Of a stretch of DNA of 20,000 bases, positions 15,892-20,000 are shown piece after piece. The position numbers were made by a program, and so were the translations under genes. The notes under the pieces are model-generated. The model saw only the letters and a list, made by a program, of their open reading frames with translations. It ran no database searches and was not told where the DNA came from. Source of the DNA: an uncultured virus (IMG/VR IMGVR_UViG_3300022822_000010) (Duplodnaviria; Heunggongvirae; Uroviricota; Caudoviricetes); the IMG/VR virus record IMGVR_UViG_3300022822_000010; one strand, written 5' to 3'. Every line of letters starts with the position of its first letter. Within the stretch, counting starts at the first letter, position 1.

Positions 15892-16404
15892 TTAACGTTT
15901 TCTGACCCAAGGAGTGTATACTAATTCAACGCCCAAAAACGAATCATAACCATTAGTATCTTTCCCTAACACGCAGCTGTGGTGCGTTAATTTGTAGTTA
16001 AGTTTAATTGGAAGTTGAACCCAATTAATAGCATTTACTCTTACGCCCATATTAGAAGTTCCTCTATCATCAACGCCGCCTTGTCTGCATTGAGGCGAAA
16101 CACCCTTTGTGTAGTCTATACCAATATAAACCTCAACAAAGTTTAGGTAAGTGACGTCGGTAAACTTCTTGAACATATCGCTTTGTTGGGCGTGAGCGTT
16201 GTTAGGTAAAAAGAAGAAGGTAATAATGAATAGGACTATTACGCCTATCCCCAATCCAGCGGACGCAACCGCCCCTTGAGATATGCTACCCTTAACCCAA
16301 TCTTTGAACTTGATATCGCTTCGCGCAAACGCGATAACTGTGTAAATTGCTAGTATTGATAAAAGCAAACCTATGAAAAACGACGTACCTATTAGTAAAT
16401 TCAT
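15892..16404 (-). CDS. hypothetical envelope protein: two hydrophobic helices, AHA signal-peptidase site, short outer-membrane beta-strand domain
   Basis: Hydrophobic segments at about aa 3-27 and 45-66, NAHA|QQ, alternating strands (VEVYIGIDY, MGVRVN, LNYKLTHHS, LGVELVY); GGAG RBS. The CDS is well supported; its function is not. Confidence 0.7.
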   Translation of the reverse strand: MNLLIGTSFFIGLLLSILAIYTVIAFARSDIKFKDWVKGSISQGAVASAGLGIGVIVLFIITFFFLPNNAHAQQSDMFKKFTDVTYLNFVEVYIGIDYTKGVSPQCRQGGVDDRGTSNMGVRVNAINWVQLPIKLNYKLTHHSCVLGKDTNGYDSFLGVELVYTPWVRKR

Positions 16405-16421
16405 TTAAAACTCCGTTAACT

Positions 16422-16868
16422 TTATTTAGGTGAATACGAATCCCAAACTGACATTGCGGCTAATTGTCCCGCCTCTAATCCAGTTTGTAGCTCGTCTGAT
16501 GTGATAGGGTATTTGATATTATCTATCATTACCCACTCCATGCTTTCTATAGACTCTCTTCTCATAACTTCTATAGCGTTTCTGATATTAGACTCGTCGC
16601 TAGTTCTGGTTTGCATTATGCGCCCATCACCAAAGTCGTGGACTAAACCATCAAGTGTTTTATTTCTCGATGCCTTAGCGTCGGCAGCAGATTTAACCGC
16701 GACTGCCTCTTTTTTGAGTTTAGCGTCTACTTTGATGACAGACCCGACGAGTACCCATAAATCTCGGTAGTCTTTACTTTCAGGTATCTCAGTGACTTCA
16801 ACCCAATCAATAAAGACCTGTGTGCCTGATACGGCTACTTTGCCATCTATTGTCTTAGCGTATGCCAT
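16422..16868 (-). CDS. tail-fibre assembly/chaperone protein, DUF4376-like
   Basis: Directly follows the fibre gene (TAATG overlap); DGRIMQTRxxDxxNI...WVMIDNIKYPITSDEL pattern typical of this family. Confidence 0.65.
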   Translation of the reverse strand: MAYAKTIDGKVAVSGTQVFIDWVEVTEIPESKDYRDLWVLVGSVIKVDAKLKKEAVAVKSAADAKASRNKTLDGLVHDFGDGRIMQTRTSDESNIRNAIEVMRRESIESMEWVMIDNIKYPITSDELQTGLEAGQLAAMSVWDSYSPK

Positions 16869-19486
16869 TAGCGCAGCCCTCCTACTGTTATAACGTTAGT
16901 ATTAAGACTATCCCCTAGAGTCCCGCCTGAGTTTCGACTGTATACAGTTATACTGCTTTCACTGTTTACGATTACTTGAGACTCGCGGTTGCTAGTTTGA
17001 ACAATCACCTGAGCTTTCTTAAAGTTGATAGCGCTTGACGTAATCAAATACGTACCAACACCAATATCAGCAACAAATAACCTACCGTTAGTATCATCTA
17101 CCAAAGGTGGTGAATCGCTGCCTTGAAATGTAAGCCTCCCAGTGACCGCACTACTATTAAGTAGCTCACCATGCACCGTGACATCACCATGATACTCAGC
17201 GTCAACACCTTTTACTTTAGCAACAGGATTATTAATGATTTGCGTAATGTCGCCATTGGTATCTGTCTTAACTGAGCCTAAGTACGTTCTAGTGACAGCA
17301 GCTTGAGTAGCATAATCTGTTAGTGTACCTGCGGTAACATCGTAGATGTCTGAGGGTAGTATGGTGTTGAACTCTAGTTCTGCTAATCCTGTGTAATTGT
17401 TGTCACCGTTGTTAGCTGTAATATTTATACGATAGTACAAGTACGCAATAGTGTTAGATACAGTTGAAAGATTTCCCCACAAAAAAGTGCTGTTACCTAC
17501 ATAGTCTGTTGACGTATAAGTAGAATCTACAGAAACCCAAGTAAATCCGTTTTGCGAACCTTCAATAGTAAATCTTTTTGGTACGTAACCCACGCTGTTT
17601 GCTTCTCTAAGTCTCCAAGATTTTAATACACGTTTTTCTTTGTATTTGTACTGAAGAAAAGAAGTTGTAGTAGACGGAATTAGCCAATGATTTACTCCTA
17701 AATCCGTAACTTTGTTAAAAGATTGATAAGCATAATAAGTTTTATTATTGTTATCAGTAAACTCACCACTAGCACTAGCAACACCTGTAGAACTTTCATA
17801 GTCAAAATGCTTGGCAGTCGTCCTCATATTTTTATCAGAAGACAACGGAGATTGAACACCAGAGTAGTCTTGGTTTTCTAGAGGTCGATTCTCGGTAGTC
17901 CCGTAAGAGCCACTTTGGTTTTTATAGACATAATAAGTTGAGTCTTCGTAGCCAGTACCAAACGTCATTGTGGTAGAACTAGGCACAAGCTCTTGAAGAT
18001 TGACTTCACCGTTTGCGTTGTATCCATTAGCGTGACTAATAAGCGTACCGTTTTCAATACTCAGTGTGTCAGCAGTCGTTGGGTAATCGTAATCTGTACG
18101 GCCCGTAGTTGAGTTAGTGTCAGCGTATGCTAGGAATAAGTATTCGTCGTTTAAGGTGTTTATAGCTTCATAATCTCCTATAATAGCAAAACCATTTTCG
18201 ACAAAGTCTATTTTTACTGTACTATCATTATCATCAGAATTACTTGTGTTAGCATATAAACTAAAATCCCCTCTAGCCACATCTTGAATTACCCAATGCC
18301 CATTGCTAGACAAATTCTTAACCATAACCCAAGCAGGTTTAAACCCGCAGTCAATATAGTTACCCGCAGCACCTGTCCCGATGTATTTTCCAACTTTTGA
18401 AACTTTTGGGATTGATGTGAAGTTGTAAGATATGAAGTTGTTTGAGCTGCTGTTTATAGCACTACCTGATCCTAGTGAAATAGTATTATCGGAAAAAAGC
18501 GTACTATAAGCAACACCAGCATCTTGCTGTTCATCCGCTAAATTAAGCTTTAATATGTGGGATTTATTTTTTAATATTTCTGAAAAAACTACCAAATTAA
18601 CATTTACATCTCTGCTTTTAAAAATAGTCAACTCAGGCACACGACCGAGATGATGCGGGATTTCGTGACCTGCTGCGCCATCACCTTCATAACCAACAAT
18701 ACTAAAGCCAAGCTGAGGGTTATAGTGAGCGGTGTACGCTTTGTTTCTGTTGGTTGTACCTGTAAACTTCTCAGTAGTTTGCCATGACCATGATATGTAG
18801 GTGTTAGTGTTGCCATTTTCGTTGTCGCTACCCCCTACACTAAAACCGTCGTCGTTAAAAGATGTTAAGCCATCTGCTTCTGTTGTTTCTGCGACAGTTA
18901 AATCACTTCTTAATTGCTGAGTCGCGCCTCTAACTGTGTCAAATAAATTATGGCTTCTGTTAGAGCCTCCATTTCGTTTTTTAACCCAAACAAGCCCACC
19001 AAAATCACCAGTGTCCATGTCTACGCCAGTGTCAATTGACTGAGTAGAACCGTTTCCTGTATAAGTCGTAGCACTAAAACCAACACGCTGAGATTGACCT
19101 TGAGATAAAGGTAGTTGTCCGACTGCTGCGTTACGATAAAGGCCCGACCCTTGTCTACTCTCAAGCAAAGATTGACTATTCTCTAGATCAGTAATATCAT
19201 TTTCGATTCCATCAATAAGAACCTGTTGAGAGTTCACTTCAAACGTTTTATATCCTACGACTTCTACGACGTCATTTAACGATGCTTGAAGAGTTAATTC
19301 GATCTGATAACCTGTCCCAGATATGTAGTCATCACCCTCGACTAGATGCGCTCCGTTTAGGTAAACATCAACGAATCCGGGAGTAAAACCCTTTGTCGGA
19401 AAGATAACTTGACCCGCAGTCGCGGTTATACTGTCTCGGGTTTGGGTCGATTGCGGTACTGGTTGATTTCCTACATACCCTGCCAT
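16868..19486 (-). CDS. tail fibre / virion appendage protein (872 aa) with three YxGxG repeats and an F5/8-type C (discoidin)-like domain
   Basis: N-terminal MAGYVGNQP...VDVYLNG module, short coiled coil, repeats YTGNGSTQSIDTG / YEGDGAAGHEIPHHLG / YIGTGAAGNYIDCGFKP, and PKRFTIEGSQNGFTW...YLYYRINITANNG...LAELEF. Confidence 0.75.
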   Translation of the reverse strand: MAGYVGNQPVPQSTQTRDSITATAGQVIFPTKGFTPGFVDVYLNGAHLVEGDDYISGTGYQIELTLQASLNDVVEVVGYKTFEVNSQQVLIDGIENDITDLENSQSLLESRQGSGLYRNAAVGQLPLSQGQSQRVGFSATTYTGNGSTQSIDTGVDMDTGDFGGLVWVKKRNGGSNRSHNLFDTVRGATQQLRSDLTVAETTEADGLTSFNDDGFSVGGSDNENGNTNTYISWSWQTTEKFTGTTNRNKAYTAHYNPQLGFSIVGYEGDGAAGHEIPHHLGRVPELTIFKSRDVNVNLVVFSEILKNKSHILKLNLADEQQDAGVAYSTLFSDNTISLGSGSAINSSSNNFISYNFTSIPKVSKVGKYIGTGAAGNYIDCGFKPAWVMVKNLSSNGHWVIQDVARGDFSLYANTSNSDDNDSTVKIDFVENGFAIIGDYEAINTLNDEYLFLAYADTNSTTGRTDYDYPTTADTLSIENGTLISHANGYNANGEVNLQELVPSSTTMTFGTGYEDSTYYVYKNQSGSYGTTENRPLENQDYSGVQSPLSSDKNMRTTAKHFDYESSTGVASASGEFTDNNNKTYYAYQSFNKVTDLGVNHWLIPSTTTSFLQYKYKEKRVLKSWRLREANSVGYVPKRFTIEGSQNGFTWVSVDSTYTSTDYVGNSTFLWGNLSTVSNTIAYLYYRINITANNGDNNYTGLAELEFNTILPSDIYDVTAGTLTDYATQAAVTRTYLGSVKTDTNGDITQIINNPVAKVKGVDAEYHGDVTVHGELLNSSAVTGRLTFQGSDSPPLVDDTNGRLFVADIGVGTYLITSSAINFKKAQVIVQTSNRESQVIVNSESSITVYSRNSGGTLGDSLNTNVITVGGLR

Positions 19487-19512
19487 TGTTATTACCTTTT
19501 AATATTTTCTAT

Positions 19513-19520
19513 TATTTATA
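19513..19520 (-). promoter_or_regulatory. T4 late promoter TATAAATA (fibre gene and downstream genes)
   Basis: Exact intergenic motif followed by AAAGGT RBS and ATG 19486. Confidence 0.85.
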
Positions 19521-19526
19521 TGCTTA

Positions 19527-19898
19527 TTATGTTGTTTCGCCGCGCTCTAAATCCGCAAAGTGTGCGGCCCATATAGCTGCTATCTGCGATTCTTGATCAT
19601 CTAAAGCTGCTTGCAGATCCTCGGTAGTAACAGCATACACCTTGTTATCTTCCATTTTCCACAAGGTTTGGCCTTTTTTGATACCGCCGATTAAGTTATC
19701 GCGATCCTCTTTGATTCTAATTTGTACAATCCTACCGTCTTTAAAATCATATGTGTCAATAGCAGCTAGTGCTATGTCTCGTATTTGAACAGACGACAAA
19801 GGTATGATAACGGGATCGGGAATTTTAACAAAAGTGTATACGCCATCAACCCACTCACCAGCGTAACCTTCTGGCCTTGGCCTAAGCCCAGCTCGGCT
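19527..19898 (-). pseudogene. second DUF4376-like tail-fibre chaperone, apparently missing its 5' end
   Basis: Paralogous to 16422-16868 (DFKDGRIVQIR...WKMEDNKVYAVTTEDLQ...AAIW). The frame stays open upstream of TTG 19799 (RPRPEGYAGEWVDGVYTFVKIPDPVIIP) to a TAA at 19899-19901 with no ATG/GTG/TTG. TTG 19799 has no RBS. It could instead be an intact short CDS. Confidence 0.45.
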
Positions 19899-19999
19899 TT
19901 ACCGGCCCTAGCAACTAAAGTTATAGTGGCGCTAACAGTTTCATTAACTAAAGATTTAGTAGTCGTACCGCCTGCATGGGCTTGGTTGACAATAATATT
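19772..19999 (-). CDS. 3' end of an upstream ORF, probably another tail fibre (partial)
   Basis: Open frame from the window edge: NIIVNQAHAGGTTTKSLVNETVSATITLVARAGKAELGLG...FKYET*; overlaps the chaperone frame by about 125 nt. Identity inferred only from context. Confidence 0.4.
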   Translation of the reverse strand, partial: NIIVNQAHAGGTTTKSLVNETVSATITLVARAGKAELGLGQGQKVTLVSGLMAYTLLLKFPIPLSYLCRLFKYET

Positions 20000-20000
20000 A

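Noticed and set aside
1771..18816. Remaining small alternative-frame or antisense ORFs in the track (1771, 2729, 2859, 8387, 9293, 12124, 12956, 13027, 13352, 13561, 14051, 14470, 14564, 16501, 18628)
   Set aside because: All overlap well-supported genes and show no recognisable motifs or clear translation signals.
19873..20000. Diversity-generating retroelement suggested by a GC hairpin near a fibre 3' end
   Set aside because: No reverse transcriptase, accessory gene or adenine-variant template/variable repeat pair is visible in the window.
1..20000. Alternative genetic code, tRNA genes, introns or inteins
   Set aside because: All core genes are intact under the standard code, intergenic gaps show no cloverleaf, and gp17, uvsW and the gp20 core have no large insertions.

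Overview
A 20-kb piece of a T4-like myophage genome with all supported genes on the minus strand. In transcription order it holds two tail-fibre/DUF4376-like chaperone pairs, a 170-aa membrane protein, gp13-14-15-16-17-18-19-20-67-(68-like)-21-22-23, then gp3, uvsY, uvsW, an Sm-like protein and gp55 (cut by the window edge). The compact gp23-gp3-uvsY-uvsW-gp55 order, with no gp24/hoc/inh in between, resembles marine/environmental T4-like phages more than coliphage T4. Six intergenic TATAAATA late promoters and three hairpin terminators are visible. The main oddities are: (1) a portal with a C-terminal tail of three 34-aa Cys-bracketed basic repeats separated by gp21-type cleavage sites; (2) mirror-image sigma70 promoters, one driving gp55 and one pointing into no gene, antisense to the uvsW operon; (3) a PagL-like half beta-barrel gene; (4) a start-less tail-fibre chaperone behind a GC-rich junction. 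All product calls come from motif recognition and synteny; no database searches were run.
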